A DNA stretch of 64,000 bases from Octopus sinensis (lineage: Eukaryota). The position numbers and the translations under genes are program-made. Shown here one piece after another: positions 38,994 through 53,038 of the stretch. The stretch covers positions 89,280,001 to 89,344,000 of the forward strand of contig NC_043005.1 in NCBI RefSeq assembly GCF_006345805.1, given 5' to 3'. Position 1 is the stretch's first letter. Each line of letters starts with the position of its first letter. Below the pieces are notes generated by a model. That model had not been told where the DNA came from. It made no database searches and saw nothing but the letters and a program-made list of their open reading frames with translations.

Positions 38994-39203
38994 ATGACTG
39001 ACCTTCTCAAGGAACAGTTGTGTGCTTTCCAACTAAACAATGACATTTTTGAGTTGACTATGGAACCTCACCGTTCCAATCCAGTGCCGTTCTATCAGCA
39101 ACCAGGATGGCAAACGCTCTCAACACAAATGCAAAATTTGCAAAGTCAAATTGCTGGCCATAATAATATGCAATCTGTTCGTTTCAATAAATCAATGGAA
39201 GAG
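38994..39203 (+). CDS. ITPRID2: ITPRID-like exon (MTDLLKEQ...NKSMEE)
   Basis: ttctcttttgcag/ acceptor; 70 open codons; gag/gtagag donor; phase 0-0. Confidence 0.82.
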
Positions 39204-40650
39204 GTAGAGTCTAAGATTTTTAACTAGTAATCCCACACACACACACACCTACAGGTTATCAAACAGATGGCTATGGTTGGCTTGTCCTACCACACTATCT
39301 TGCTGTAGGACACAAGTAATCTAGGTGTCCTTTGTATAACCTGTATGTTGGGAAACACACCTGGCTTCATTCACCTCAGTTGCTGGGGGATAGGTGGGGG
39401 AGGAACACATTATTTATTTATTTTATGTCACAGTTTATGAACAATCTTGAAAGTAGAAACTCTCAATGGTTCACTGCATTTCTGATGGTGAGGAATGACA
39501 AAGGAATATGTAACCCAGTGTGACGAACTTCATTTCTAAACAAACTTTTGGTTAATTAGAATATGTTTTTGATATAGTTTAACTTCTAAATACAAATTCA
39601 CTGCAGCAACCATGGAGAAAAAATTTCTCTCTTATGGTAAAGGGGTAAAAACTCCATATCTTCCCCGTGACTCTCTCTAGTGGATTTTCCAGACCCACTT
39701 TAGGATCTTTAGCCTTCCTCAATGGGAAATACCTAGGCAGATTCAAAGCTGTAAGCTTTAACTAAAAGGCAGTCAACATTCGTGACTGAGCTGTGCTGGT
39801 GGACCACCTGGTCAAAATAATAATAGCAGCAGTTTGGTTTATTCCTAATCACTGTTTGGTGCTGCTATTGTCATTCGTAAAGCATGTTGGGGTTTTGGGT
39901 TTTTTTTTTCTCTTACTAAAGTTTGTAGTCTCTGCTGATATAAAACAACAAAGGGGATACACACAGACTGTTTCACATAGTTGCTGTTTACTAAATTCCA
40001 TTGCCAATATACTAATCAGCCCAGAGCCATGGTTGAAGACTCTGGCCCAAAGTTCCAGACAATGGGTTTAAATAGAAACCAAATGATTCTATCGTCAAGG
40101 GACACCTTTGGTTTTACTGTCCTCACTCTACCTTGTTGCCGTATGCGGTTGAGTGTCCTCTATTGAAATATTCTACTGGAAAGAAATATTGATTCAATAG
40201 TTTCACTCGTCCAACTCTTAGTTACATTGAGGGTCAAGACCTCATGGGTCTGCTTTCTTATTAACAAACAATGGATAGGTAGACATGTTAGTCCTACCAT
40301 GCCCCTCACTCAATCAAAAGCAAATCCAATTAGTTGCTATAAAGAGGAGCAGAAAGACTTGTCTGTCCTTCAAAGCTTCATCATCATCATCCATTTCCCA
40401 TGCTGGCATGGGTTGGACAGTTTCACAGGAGCTGGCAAGCTGGAGAGCCGAACCAGGTTCCAATTGTCTGTTTTGGCTGGATGCCCTTCTTAGTGCCAAC
40501 CTCTTTATAGAGTGTAGTGGGTACTTTTTACATAGCAACATCACATTATGTTGAAAGGAGAAAGACTGCTTTTCCCAACTTGCCCAGTCCTTCATCCCCT
40601 GCAATGGATTCTGCTGCTTGGAGTAATGTTTCTTTTATTTCTGTTTTCAG

Positions 40651-40716
40651 CTGAAAGACTCAATGATGGTGGAAATTCAAAGAAACATAACCCAAAATTT
40701 TAACCAACTCTTCATG
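40651..40716 (+). CDS. ITPRID2: ITPRID-like penultimate coding exon (LKDSMMVEIQRNITQNFNQLFM)
   Basis: ctgttttcag/ acceptor; atg/gtaagt donor; resembles the C-terminal helix of ITPRID proteins as I recall it. Confidence 0.82.
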
Positions 40717-43285
40717 GTAAGTCATACTAACTTGTAGGGGTGGGGGTCTCCCTAGAGCTGTGGTTTATGGTAGGTTACCAAGTAGTAAGGGATTTCCAAT
40801 GAGATAATATGCTAAAATAGAATCTTAATTTTGACTAGTCTTAGGTCTTAAACTTTAAAGCCAGGTAAAATGTGGAAGATGTGACATTTATTCCTTTCTC
40901 AAAAGCATAAATGTCACAATAAGAGAAGTGACAATAGCTTGAACTGAAAATCAAAACTAAATTGTAATCTCAGATTGTGGGGTTTAAATCATAGTATGAG
41001 AGATAAAACAGAAAATTCTTGGAAGATAGATAGGCTTTGACAGGTGTCAAAATATCCAAAATCCAAAGAATTTAGTCATTGGTCTTTCAAGATAAATTTA
41101 GAAAACAAAATATGATAAAAACTACAACAGTGAACATCATCATTGTTTAGCATCTTTTTCCAGGCTGCCATGGGTGGGTTGGTTTGAAAGGAGCTGGTAC
41201 GGCTAGGCCCTGCACCAGGCTGTTTTGGCATTGGTTTCTATGACTGGATGCCCTTCCTAATGCCAACCACTTTACAGAGTGGACTGGGTGCTTTTTATGT
41301 TGTACCATCACCAATAGGGTCATGTGATGAAGGAGAACAAATATATTAATGCCTGGTGTAAAGTCATTTATCATTATAAATGAAGCAAAAAGAAAGTTAT
41401 AGCCATTTTGTGAAAATTCTGGCTAGTAATGGATATTGAAGGTGGGAATGTGGTTTCTAGTTAAGGAGAGTGAGCTCTAAAGATGAATAGTGACAGCTTT
41501 TGATTGGGTGTGGGAGAAAGGGGGGAGAGGTGGATAGTAGTTGGGAGTATTAATGTGTGAGTATGGTTGTGTGTAGGAATGAGCAGGAGAGGGGGAGGAG
41601 TAGACGTTATGAGGTAATGGTGTTAAATGGGAGTGGATCAGAGCAGGTGACTGGCAGGTTCTGAGAGTCACACATGTGCAGATATGACATTATGTTTGAA
41701 AAAAGGGGCAAGGAGATGATTTGTCTGTATGTGAGCGAGAGAGGGAGAAGAAAGGGGTTGGAGAAAACCCTTTTCAATTATTGATTCCTGTGTTGGTAGA
41801 TGTTTCCAATTTGTAAACCCTTAATTGTGGATGTGTTAGATTTGCCAGTGAGCCATTGTCTTTGGGAATTATTATGGGAGTGCCTAGTGGAATTAAAAAG
41901 TCAGATTAAGAGTTACGTGATTGTACCATCAGCCAACCTTGTGATTCCTCTCACCAACATATAAAACACAAGGAATTTGGTATTATATGTAATGGTGTCT
42001 CATAAAAAGCACCCAGCACACTCTGTAGAGTGGTTGCCCTTAGGAAGAGCATCCAGTCATAGAAACCAATGCCAAAGCAGACAACTGGAACCAGGTTCAG
42101 CCCTCCAGCCTTGCCAGCTCCTGTCAGACTGTCCAACCCATGCCAGTATGGAAAATAGGTGTTAATTGATCATGATTGTGGGAGATGCCAGTGAAATGTT
42201 GGGAAGTGGAATTGGGGCCATGCAAAGTATCGAGGCAGTAAGAGCTGAGTCAGGTGTGGAAAGGATTGTGGGGCAGAATGTCATGGTTTTTGTAATGTCT
42301 GATGATGTGAAGAAGGATTCTGGAATGGTGGAAGAGATAGCGGAATCAACGGGGCCAACAAGATCAGACTGGAAGAAACAAAAATTATAGAATGTGGCAT
42401 GCTGAAGAGGTTGTGTGGTGGGTTGGAAGGGGCAGATCAAAGGAGTGCAGTTAAATGGGTTGGAAGGCAGAAATGCAATGAGAGTGGCAAGGGTTTGAAA
42501 GCTGATTAGAAATTGTTCCTGTTTAGAAGGAAGTGGAGTATTTGGTGGGACTTGAAGATAGAACCTCCTCAACTGAGGTAGAGAAATTACAAGAAGACGA
42601 TAAATGATTTTGTGTGATTTGGGTGGAAGGTGGAGAAGTTGAGGTGTGAATGAGAGTCAGTGATTTTGTAAGAGACACTGAGGAAGAAGATGAATGGAAG
42701 TGTTGGAGATGATGGATGGGAAAATGTCAAGACAAGATTAAGAAAGAAAATGAAGGAGGTGAGTTGTTTTGTGAGTAATAAAAGTGGTTCAAAGATGTTG
42801 ATGATTTAGTGACCTTTTGGCACCCATAGATACTCTAATGTTTTACTAATAAAATCTCTTTGAAGAGAAAAAAATCATTCAGATGGAGCAGAAAGAGAGG
42901 GTATTTGATTCAGGTGTCACCATGGTCCAGCAAAAATTTAAGAGTTAGGGGTCTGTTATGATGGTGTCTTGAGGGAATTGACATCTGAGGTATGAAGTAG
43001 CTGGGAAAAGCCAGGAAGTGGTTGAGTTGAAGAGGCAGAGGAGCTATTTGTGAAAGAAGGATGAGTTAATGAGAAAGGATGGGGGCTGGAGGGAAGAATT
43101 AAGGGTTGGAAGAAGAGTTATTGTTAAGAAATAGAAAACTGTAAGAAAGATTAACACATGTTTTATGTGCTTTACAGTTTCTTACTTTTTCCATTTTATA
43201 TCCTGGGACTGATTACTTTCCAGACTAATCAACTATAAAAAATTATACACTGATCACTTCTTTCTTTCTTTTTTTATCGTTTCAG

Positions 43286-43291
43286 GGATGA
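43286..43291 (+). CDS. ITPRID2: Last exon: Gly + stop, then 3' UTR
   Basis: Long pyrimidine tract, tttcag/GGA TGA, followed by non-repetitive AT-rich sequence with AATAAA near 43918 and 44143. Confidence 0.6.
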   Translation, partial: G

Positions 43292-43917
43292 AAAGACTCG
43301 TTAGATGTGCTTTCTGCAGTCGTTTATTGTTCACAGTTGACTTGATATTCGGAGCTTGAATTCACATCCATACATGTGTGTGTTGTGAAGAAAACATTTT
43401 TCAACTCATTTCCCTGTGTGCTTTTAATTAACTCCAATGAAATTTGAAACAACAATAGGACCAAAAGTATATATATAACCTTGTGTATGTATGTATATAT
43501 ATATATATATATGCAAATACAACCGTCATCACCACAGCCACATCATGGATTGAAATTAAACCTCATATTTATATTATCCTCTCTTTGATGTTGACAATAT
43601 TCCAGACTCGAGCATCTTCCACACCCCTTTTGAAGTTTAACTGATTTTTAAATCAGAGATCTCTTTTTAGTTGAATTTATTTAGTCTATTAAAGTCTTTT
43701 TTATTTTTCTAAAAAAACGGACATTATTACCAAAGTAACCAATTCTATATTTTCCTATCAACTCATTCAACTCCTTCATCTTTCATCCAATTTTGCTTAA
43801 TCTTTAAATTTAAGGAATGATTAATGTTATTTAACTTTATTTAGATTTTACATCACCAAACGATATTGTTTTATTTTGCTTTTGTTCTCTCTTTTTTTTT
43901 TTTTTTACTGTTTTAGC

Positions 43918-43923
43918 AATAAA
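43918..43923 (+). terminator. Candidate poly(A) signal of the long isoform
   Basis: AATAAA about 630 nt after the predicted stop; a second one lies near 44143. Confidence 0.35.
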
Positions 43924-46574
43924 GATCACAAAATATTTATTATAATCTTTAATTCTATTTATTGCTGACCCAAAACTTATTTTTATATCAACATTTCCAC
44001 AACATTTCCTGCAAGAATCTACCCTAAAATATTCTAAACACCCTTAACAAATGACCCTTCCTAATTCTCAAATTCTTCTTGCCCTGTCTCTTCTTTCATC
44101 TTTGTTTTTATAAAATGAATTGACATCTTGTATCTCTTAAAGAATAAATCACATACTCTTGCTAAAAATTAGTTGTGTTGCTTAAATCCATTTTTAAAAA
44201 TTTCTTTCCATGTTTGTATCTGTAGGAAATACGACCGTACGTAAGAAGTTGGTGACAAATGTCTCCTTTAGAACGCCGCACAGTCTTTCCTAACAAAATA
44301 AGAAGCTAAATACATAGTATAAAATACAGTGCCGAAAGGAATAAATGATGACAACAAACCGTTCTACTGTTTGAGAGAGAAGAAGACTTTATTTACAATG
44401 TGTACAAAGATAGCGTGTTGTGAGTGCTAGCAAAGTGTTGTGTATGTGAGCATGCGACAAGTGTTTGTGTCTGTGTGTGCGACAGAAGGTACAGATAAAG
44501 GTGTATGCACATAGAACAGAAATACAGAGCATAAGATGAATGTCTCAGCATATTGAGCTAAGATGGGATTAGTTTACCAGTTCATGAGGTACACAATAGT
44601 AAGTTCTATAACAAGATATTGGGGGTCTCGAGGCAGAGGCCAGTTGAGCGTATATGCAGCGGTTGGAACCTCAATGCTGAGCCGAGTCTCTTGATACAGA
44701 TAGTTCTTCAGGTAGACTGTTTAGACTTGTAACCTATTGATTTGGTCATTCATGTCCTGACCCAATAATATTTAGTTAGTTCTCCATGTTCTGCATTGCA
44801 AAGGTCAGTTATTCTCCACTCTTTACACCCATTGGCTGTAGCAGCCAGTTGCACTGAGCTGTTACAAGTGATGCAGTGTTTCAGTAATGTCTCAACATCA
44901 ACCATGAGCATGAAGGCCACCACTGCTTCTTTATCACCTCAGTATGGACACTTATTAAAACAAGACAACACTTAAGAGATACCTTAGATAAAAATGATGC
45001 AGTATAGCCAACTGGTCAGCACGATAGCAATGACCTGCATTGGATAATAATCGGTGTGGGTAGAATATGTCCACAAATCTCTTTTTTGGTCTTAGCTCAT
45101 GTTATAAGTTATTTTGAACCTTTATAAGAAACTTGGTTTGCATATCAACAAAGTAACCTTAAAGCTCCTTCTTTTAAAGTCCAATTTCCAGCTCCATAGA
45201 AAAGGATGCTCACTACAAATACCCTGAAGAAGGATAGCCTTATTGACTTTGAAATGCTTGATTACTTGATATAGTAAAGCTCGCCACTGGCACTCTTGGA
45301 TTTTCCATTACATTTCAGGAAGTGTTTCTTTTCACTGTTAGTGACATCGGACACAAAGTGAGTTGTGCATTGCTGGAACAATTTGGCACTGGAGCAATAT
45401 AATAGACAAAACTCTTCAAAAATATTTCCAAAGGACATAATCACTGATTTCTATCTTTTATGATGACTTGCATCAATTTATTGTTTCAATATTTTCAAAA
45501 ATTCTGTGTGGTTCTACCACTGTAGCTGCTACTGCTTTATTTTATGGTAAAAATTTCTTTTATTTTTAATTAAAATAAAGTTTCTGTTTCTTTGCCTTCT
45601 GTCAGTCAATGCTTAATATTTGACTGAGTTACTAAGCTATTAGAATGACTCATTTAATCATTATGACAAGCAGTGATGTTAAACTGCTACCATGACAACC
45701 AATGTCATTTCTTCTTTAAGCAGAAGTTTGAAAGCCAAATCAGCAGCGAGAAGTTACAATTAGATAAAATCTCCAAGCAGTTTAAATACACAAATCTTCA
45801 ATATCCAAGGGGCTAAAACCTATCAGCAGACAGGTACCCAGGAGTATGAAGCCTAGTGCCCTTAGAGTGTAGGAAGTTAAGGGCCAAAAGATTTTCATGA
45901 GTTGGGTGGAATTGTTTTCTGAAGACCTGCTGTTCAACTCCCTTGAAAGTTTCTGACCATGTTTGGGTGGTGCTTGGTTGTCATCCGCAAACTCGTGTCT
46001 TTGTGTGTTTGAGTCTGACATCTATCAGTGTTGACGTCTATCAAATGACTTAGCTGTGTATTTGTTGGTTTCATTAGTTATGGCTCTTCCCAAGTTATCA
46101 GAGCCATTCAAGTAAGCTCTGGACATAACGTATTCCCCTCTTGATCAATGGACAACATCTTAGTTAGAAAGAACATGGTTAAGAAGAGTAAAAACTTGTG
46201 TGACTATATTGATTTTGAATGTGGTAATTCTGAGCACAGAATATTTCATGCCAATCTTATAATAATTCTGCTCAAGATGAACAGTGCATCACCTGCAAGG
46301 CCATGCACTTGTTTACCTTGATATGAGATCACTGTGTTGCACACATATGGTTGTGATGCATGAGCCTGGTCTACCCTTATCAGACGAGTAGTCATGATGG
46401 GTATATTGGGCTTCATATATTTGTACCCCAGTGTCACTTTGATGGCATGTGTTCTCTCTCAACAGGTGACATGGTACCATAGGTTGTAGGCAACAAGCCC
46501 ACTACACATGCAAGACTCCAGGAGTTCCAACAAAACCTGAGATAAAGAAATAAAAATAATAATGGAGAATCAGG

Positions 46575-46735
46575 TACTTGGAAGTGGTACCGATTATGGT
46601 TGGTGCACTGAGAGCAGTTATTAAGAGGTTGGGTGCATGGCTTGAGAAGCTAGGAATAACCATTGGGATGGTGCTGTTGCAGAAAACAGCCATTTTAGGA
46701 ACAGCAAGGATTCTAAGAAGGTTAAGGGAGACAGA
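46575..46735 (+). mobile_element. R4/Dong-like RLE C-terminal fragment
   Basis: VVPIMVGALRAV...LLQKTAILGTARILRR. Confidence 0.7.
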
Positions 46736-47649
46736 ATGGCGCAAAGAACCTTTGGCCATTGTATATAGCTCACTCTTTTGGTATAATGTCAGGATGACAT
46801 CTGCTTGAGCAAAAGTGCTCTGGACAGTAACGTTAATAATCATTTCTATCATAGACACTATGGTCAACTGGTAATTATTTTATTGACCTCAAACGGATGA
46901 AAAGCAAAATCAACTGTGGCAGAATTTGGACTTTGAACACAAAGATGGAAGAAATGCTCTTGAAAGAAATTATTTCTTGGATTCTTAGCCAGGAATTGAA
47001 ACCCTTGCCTAGATTTTTCTATAAGATCCTTTCCATTGTTTTCGGCATTAGCACTAGGAAACTTATGAGGTCACCTGTCACACATTTTGGTTCCATTGTT
47101 TGAGTGAATATTGAAGATTCAAAAGCAGGTTAACATAGACAAGATGATTTACTTTCCATCGTACTCTGTCAACCCTTCAGCTTTCCAATATGAACCCTCA
47201 CAGAACATTAGGAGGAGGTCAGTCATTTTGGCTTCCATCAGTAGTATTTTGTTCACTTTCCAGTAAGTAGCTCTTTGTAACAGACACATATTAAGGCTGC
47301 ATGAGCTTTACCATTGCCATTCTCCCCTAAACCTTGTGGAGTTCACAAGAAAATAAAAACTGTTAGCAATATCATTCTTTTACGTGTTGATTATTATGGT
47401 TCATATTACACAGCCTTACGAAGTTTGAACAATCTAACAATACCTTTTACAGGTTAAACATTTTGCCCAGCATGCTAACAGTGCTGCCAGCTCACTTTCA
47501 TAATAATGATGATGACAATTTCTTTTATTGGCCACAAGGGCCCAAGACATGAAGGACAAGTTACAACACACAAAACAGGTGGGGATTGAACAAGGGGAGA
47601 CACTACAACATTAAAAGATATTTAAAAAAAGAATATATAAACAGAAATA

Positions 47650-48160
47650 AGAAAAATAAAAAATAGAATCTGCAACAGCAGGTAAAGCCACCCCTACAAA
47701 AAGTCCCAAATTACTCTGCCATCATAAAGGCATGGGAAGTGCCTTCTTCCAGTTTCTTTCCTTCTACTCAGAGTTGGCCCATTCAGCCTCTCCAGTCTTG
47801 CCACTCTCATCCACCTCTAAACACACTAGAAGTCAGTAACTCCTTCTCTGCCATTGCTTTCTTCTTCAAATGATATTTGAAGAAATTGACAAGAGCTTGG
47901 CCATTTTGGAAAGTGTCTGTCTTCAAACCTTTCAGAGGAGTCTGCCACACAGCCTCTTTTTCCACAGCCACTTAGCAGAGAAAGATCTGCCTCCCTTCTC
48001 TGGTAAAGGAAGGTGGTACATCCACCTCCACTATACACTGGGCAGACAGCTGGGTTTCTAAAATGAAATTGTAACAGCATACACAAGGCTTGAGCTTTTA
48101 GTGAAGGTGTTGAGTCCAGCAAGTGTCCTATGGAACAACAGCACAAGCTTGGCTGTAATC
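47650..48160 (-). mobile_element. Possible L1/Tx1-like LINE 3' remnant
   Basis: Reverse strand reads VWQTPLKGLKTDTFQNGQALVNFFKYHLKKKAMAEK, resembling L1/Tx1 ORF2 C-termini. Confidence 0.4.
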
Positions 48161-48199
48161 AATCTTCTTCTGACCCACAACAGTGAAGGAAATTAATAT

Positions 48200-50070
48200 G
48201 GACAAAAGAGAACAACAAATTGTTATCTGAATGCTATATTATTAGGAGTGAGCCAGAGAAAAGAGGCTGCAGAAAACTGCTACCAGAGCTCTGGAAAAAA
48301 AACATTACCAACATGTTTCACTGAAGGATGTGAGTGGACAACAACTGGCTGACCAAATTGGATGAATTAAGATCAAGAAGTGTATAGAAAAGATTGAAGA
48401 AGAGGAAGTTAATAATGGCAGTACAAAAAGAATTTCAGAGGACAACAGTTTCAGAAGAAATATTGGTTGAACAAAAGAACTAACAGAGCTTGGACATGGA
48501 AAGAAGAAATGTATTGGCTCTAGGAAACCTTCACATGCCTCAAACTGGAGGACCACCAGAGGAACTAGCTAATCTCTGTGGCAGAATTCTAGAAGTGATA
48601 GCCACTGAAGAGAGGGAAAAATTTGTCACCATTGAAATCATATGACAGGGTCACATGATGAGAAGTGAGGAAAGCAAATGAGGTTGTTATGAGAATCTTG
48701 ATTAAGGACATCGTGGAGTTAAGTTCTTTTGCTGTATTCCACTGTCTGTGTCATTGCAGGAAAGATGGGGATGTTTAGAGAGAAGAAAGAACAGAGATGT
48801 AAAGAACCATTCTGGAAAATGAGTGAAAGTATAAGAAAGATTGAGGAAGTAAGGAGAGGAAACAGGAGGCTCAGTCAAAGTGAAAAGAAGCACATGAATA
48901 AGAAATACTACCGGGTGGACAATGACACTTTGTCTTGGATTTGTTAAAACAAAAGATCAAAGCACATGGTGTTAAGATCAAAAGATAGAAGGAAAGGTGC
49001 TTACAGTTTAAGCAAAGCAAACTGTTCAGAACAAATGAGAAACTGTTCTAGAAAACTCTGAACAAAGGAAACAAGGAAGAAGCAGAGTTATCCGATCCCA
49101 AAAGAAGCAACTTCCTTTTGAAGCTGGATCTGTTGAGAGGAAGTCAAACACAACAGGGCACTCTGGTTTCAAGAAGTGGGAGAAGAACTGAGTGGCAGAG
49201 AGGTGCAAGATGACATTACCATCATACTGGAAGATATACAAGGAGGATGTAATAAGATGGGAAAATGGCAGGCAGCCACATCTGACCTAGTTCAAGGGAT
49301 TGATGGATTTGCATCGTAAGCAACAAGAGCTCTTCAAGGCTGTGAACACCAAAGAATTGTACCTGTGTGGACGGTGAGAAGAACTGTGTTGAGGGTGCTA
49401 CAGCCAGTAACTATCATCTGATTGCTTGTTTATCTATTTTGTGGATGCTTCTAACACGGATAATGGGGGGGGGGGCAAGCTGTATGATCCCCTTGAAAGA
49501 AATGAACAGCTTGTATTTGAACAGAAAGGCTACAGGAAGGGATCATGAGAAACAAAGGATCAGATGCGGAGATATAAGGCAATTTTGAAGAACTGCTGTA
49601 GAGGGTTGACAAGCTGATCAATGGCTTGGAAAGATTATAAGAAGACAACTATATGGTTCCTCGTCCGTGGATTCTAGAATGCCTGGAGATGGTAAGGATG
49701 CTAAAAATATGATTTATTTATTCAAAAACAGTTCTAGGAAATGGACGACAGTCTTGACACCAGGTAGGAGGGAAATTAGTCAAGTCAACATCAGGAGGAG
49801 AATTTTTCAAGGAGACTCCATGTCATCCATGCTGTTTATTGTTAGTATGTTACTGCTTTCCTTGGTTTTGAATAAGATTAGAACTGGTACAAGCTGCAGA
49901 AGAGCACAAGACCAATTAACCTCCTGCTGCTTAAGGATGGTTTGAAGCTTTACAGTGCTAGAAGAGGTCAACTGGACTCCCTTATTCAGACCGTACAAAT
50001 TTTCTTACATGACATCCAGATGACATTTAGTCTAGAGAAATGCATTGTTATTGAATGCCAAAGAGTGCTA
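48200..50070 (+). mobile_element. Degenerate R4/Dong-like (RLE-type) non-LTR RT region
   Basis: Fragments ASNYHLIACL, SMAW.DYKK...MVPRPWILECL and VNIRRRIFQGDSMSSMLF. Confidence 0.7.
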
Positions 50071-50249
50071 TTATATAATAGCAATCAATATATATAATGC
50101 TCTAAGTGTATTTGTCTATATACTTATTTTTTGTGAGTGACACTTAACTATTTGAAGTAGGTAGCAAGGAGACAAAAGTGAACAACAGTGAGAGCAGAGG
50201 AAATATCACATACATTTGGATACTAACACACACACAAACTAATGTAAGC

Positions 50250-50282
<33 letters not shown>

Positions 50283-50359
50283 TGTATGTATGTATGTATC
50301 TATGCATGCATGCATGTATGTATGTATGTATGTATTTCTCGACATTTCTGTCAGCATAC

Positions 50360-51200
50360 ATCACTCCACTCTCACTATCGCCATCTACAACAAGCACACT
50401 GACTCACATTCCTACCTTAACCTCTCCTCCTCCCACCCTACCCATACCAAGCTCTCCATTCCTTACTCCCAATTCCTTCATCTATGCAGAATCTGCAGTG
50501 ATGACCATCACTTTGAGATTCAGTTTCAACTCATGGCTTGCTACTTCATCCTACATGGATATCCTCTTGCTATTATCCACACTGCCCTTGGCTGGACACA
50601 ATCTGTGAACCATGCCTCTGCACTTTCTCTTTACACCCGCCCCACCCTTACCCATCTTCCATTTCCCCCCACCTACCACCCCTCCAACGCACCATTCTTC
50701 AATCCTTCCAATGAGTCCAGTCTGACCCCTCTACCTCACACATCTTCTCTAACCTATCCCTTTCCTCCTTCAAATCAGCCCATAACCTGCGTGACCTCCT
50801 GATCCACATTTCTTTCCTACCCCCCGCCTCCCAGCCTTGCTCCTTCCCCTACTCCTGGCCATGCTGTCACACCTGCTCCTACCTCTCCAACACCACCATC
50901 CTCACAGGCACCCATCACCATCCCTATCATGTAACTAATTCCTTTACCTGCACCTCTAGTAATGTTATTTACTGCATCTTCTGCTCTCTCTGTACTTCCA
51001 ATTACATTGGTCAAACAGGACGCTGCTTGGCTGACCTATTTGCGGAATACTTTCAAGACATCAGACTTGGCAATGACATCCCAGTCTCATGCCACTTCCA
51101 TTCTACCAGTCAATCACTATAACATCTGTCTATATTCAGACTGCCACCCAGACTCTCGCCTTTGCTGTGAACAGGAATTAAAATTTTTTTCTTCATTCCT
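50360..51200 (+). mobile_element. Penelope-like retroelement remnant (RT thumb and GIY-YIG endonuclease)
   Basis: IYNKHTDSHSYLNLSSSHPTHTKLSIPYSQFLHLCRICSD...HGYP, then FTCTSSNVIYCIFCSLCTSNYIGQTGRCLADLFAEY...PVSCHF. Confidence 0.88.
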
Positions 51201-52080
51201 TTGCACCATATGGGCTCAAATCACCTTCTATTGTACCCCCTTCACCTACACACCTTCATACTGCCCACCTCAGTACCCTCAACACATACACACTGTTCAA
51301 CTCATCACTCACTTTACACACCCACAACACCATTCCACTGCACACACATTAGCACCAACCACTTCTCAGCACCCACACCACATATAATCTTCAATAACAT
51401 TACCACACATACCACTATATGAGCAGCTACACACACTGTTTAATTCAGTGCACACACCACATACCACACATTGTCATTCACACTCCCACACCCACACAAA
51501 CACATAATACCTGAACACAGACAATATATATACACACACACACACACACAACATGCATAGACAAAGATAACTTTTGTTCACAAGCATACACTATACACAT
51601 GCACACTATTTGGCCAGACACACACATACACATGTGCACACACCATTTGATAAACCACACATCTATTTCTTTACTATGTATCTATTTCTTTACGATAAAC
51701 CACACATCAACTGCTACACACACCATACACACACACATACATGCAAACACACACATACCATTCTCACTCATTGCAGCTTAGTTTGTTGGGATTATTATTA
51801 TTATCTCCCTTTCATTCAACCTCTTTTGATGTATAGATTTTATATATTAAGAGAAAGGAGATAGTCAGAAATTGAGTTATTTATTTAGTGCTTTCCTCCT
51901 GCTTCAGGGATTCATCTGTAATAATATTTTTCCAGAAAATTTATGCCTTTTATATGTATGTGAGTTAATTGAAAGAATTTGGAGTTAAATTTGGAAGAGA
52001 ATACATGTGTGTGTGTGCATGGGTATATATGTATATATATGTATGTACGTATGTATGTATGTATGTATGTACATATGTAT

Positions 52081-52367
52081 GTATGTGGTGAATTTTTAGA
52101 GGCTTGGTTAGAGGGAGAAAAAGGAAAAAGAGAAAGAAAGAAAGAGTGAAGGAGATCTTTTTCTGAGATGGTTGAAATTGTATTGTATTCTTTGATTAAC
52201 TTCAACTGTCTCAGAAAAGGATTCCTGTTTATAGCTGAGTAACATGATAACTGATGAAAGAAGACAATTTCAACCATCCCAGAAAAGACTCCTTTCTCAC
52301 TACCTTTCTTGCCCTTTCTTTTAACTTTTTCCCCTTCTAACAAAGCCTCCAAAAATTCACCATACAT
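52081..52367. repeat. Diverged inverted repeat with arms of about 100 bp
   Basis: ggtgaattttt.gaggctt...tctgagatggttgaaattgt pairs with acaatttcaaccatcccaga...aagcctccaaaaattcacc. Confidence 0.75.
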
Positions 52368-53038
52368 CCATACACATGTATATATATGCACATATATAAA
52401 TATATATATTATGGGCTTCTTTCAGTTTCCATCTATTTTAAGTAAGAATTTCCTTGTTCTGTACTTTACCAGATGTAATTAGTTGTCCTGAACTTTTCCA
52501 AGTGTAATAATTTGTCCCGTAATTTTCTAGGTTTATAATCTTAAGAATATTATTTCTCTTGCTCACATTTTCCCATGTATGTATTTGTGTCAATACTTAT
52601 TCAACTTTTATTTATTTTAATTCATATATTCCACTACATTCCTCTATTACATTTTATATTCAGCTTACAGAGGCCTTCGTTTCATGTATTCAACTTTAGC
52701 CGTTTTGCTTATTAAATTGTGTGATTGTATTTCTTAAAACAGGATGAAAAACAAATCATTTGAAATTTTGGATTGAAAATTCAGAACTCCAGTGTGTGTT
52801 GGCACCTCCTCATATCTACATGAAAAATCTTGGTCTTTGGGAACTTTTGCTGTGAATGTAAATAACAATGCTTATTATGTACATTTGTATCCTTTGTATG
52901 GAATGAGTCAAACATGTAAATGTGCAGTTTTTTTCATAAACTAAACCTGCTGCCTCTTGAAAACCTTTGGAAAATGTACGCAACTTGCTTGTAAGATCAT
53001 GTATTCATGCATAAAAATGCATATATTTAAATAAATAT

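Noticed and set aside
41420-43130. Purine-rich stretch that may be a decayed minus-strand LINE
   Set aside because: No diagnostic motif could be read confidently, so it is left unclassified.
44221-45100. Possible LTR remnant starting TGTAGG
   Set aside because: No second LTR, PBS/PPT or recognisable gag/pol motif found.
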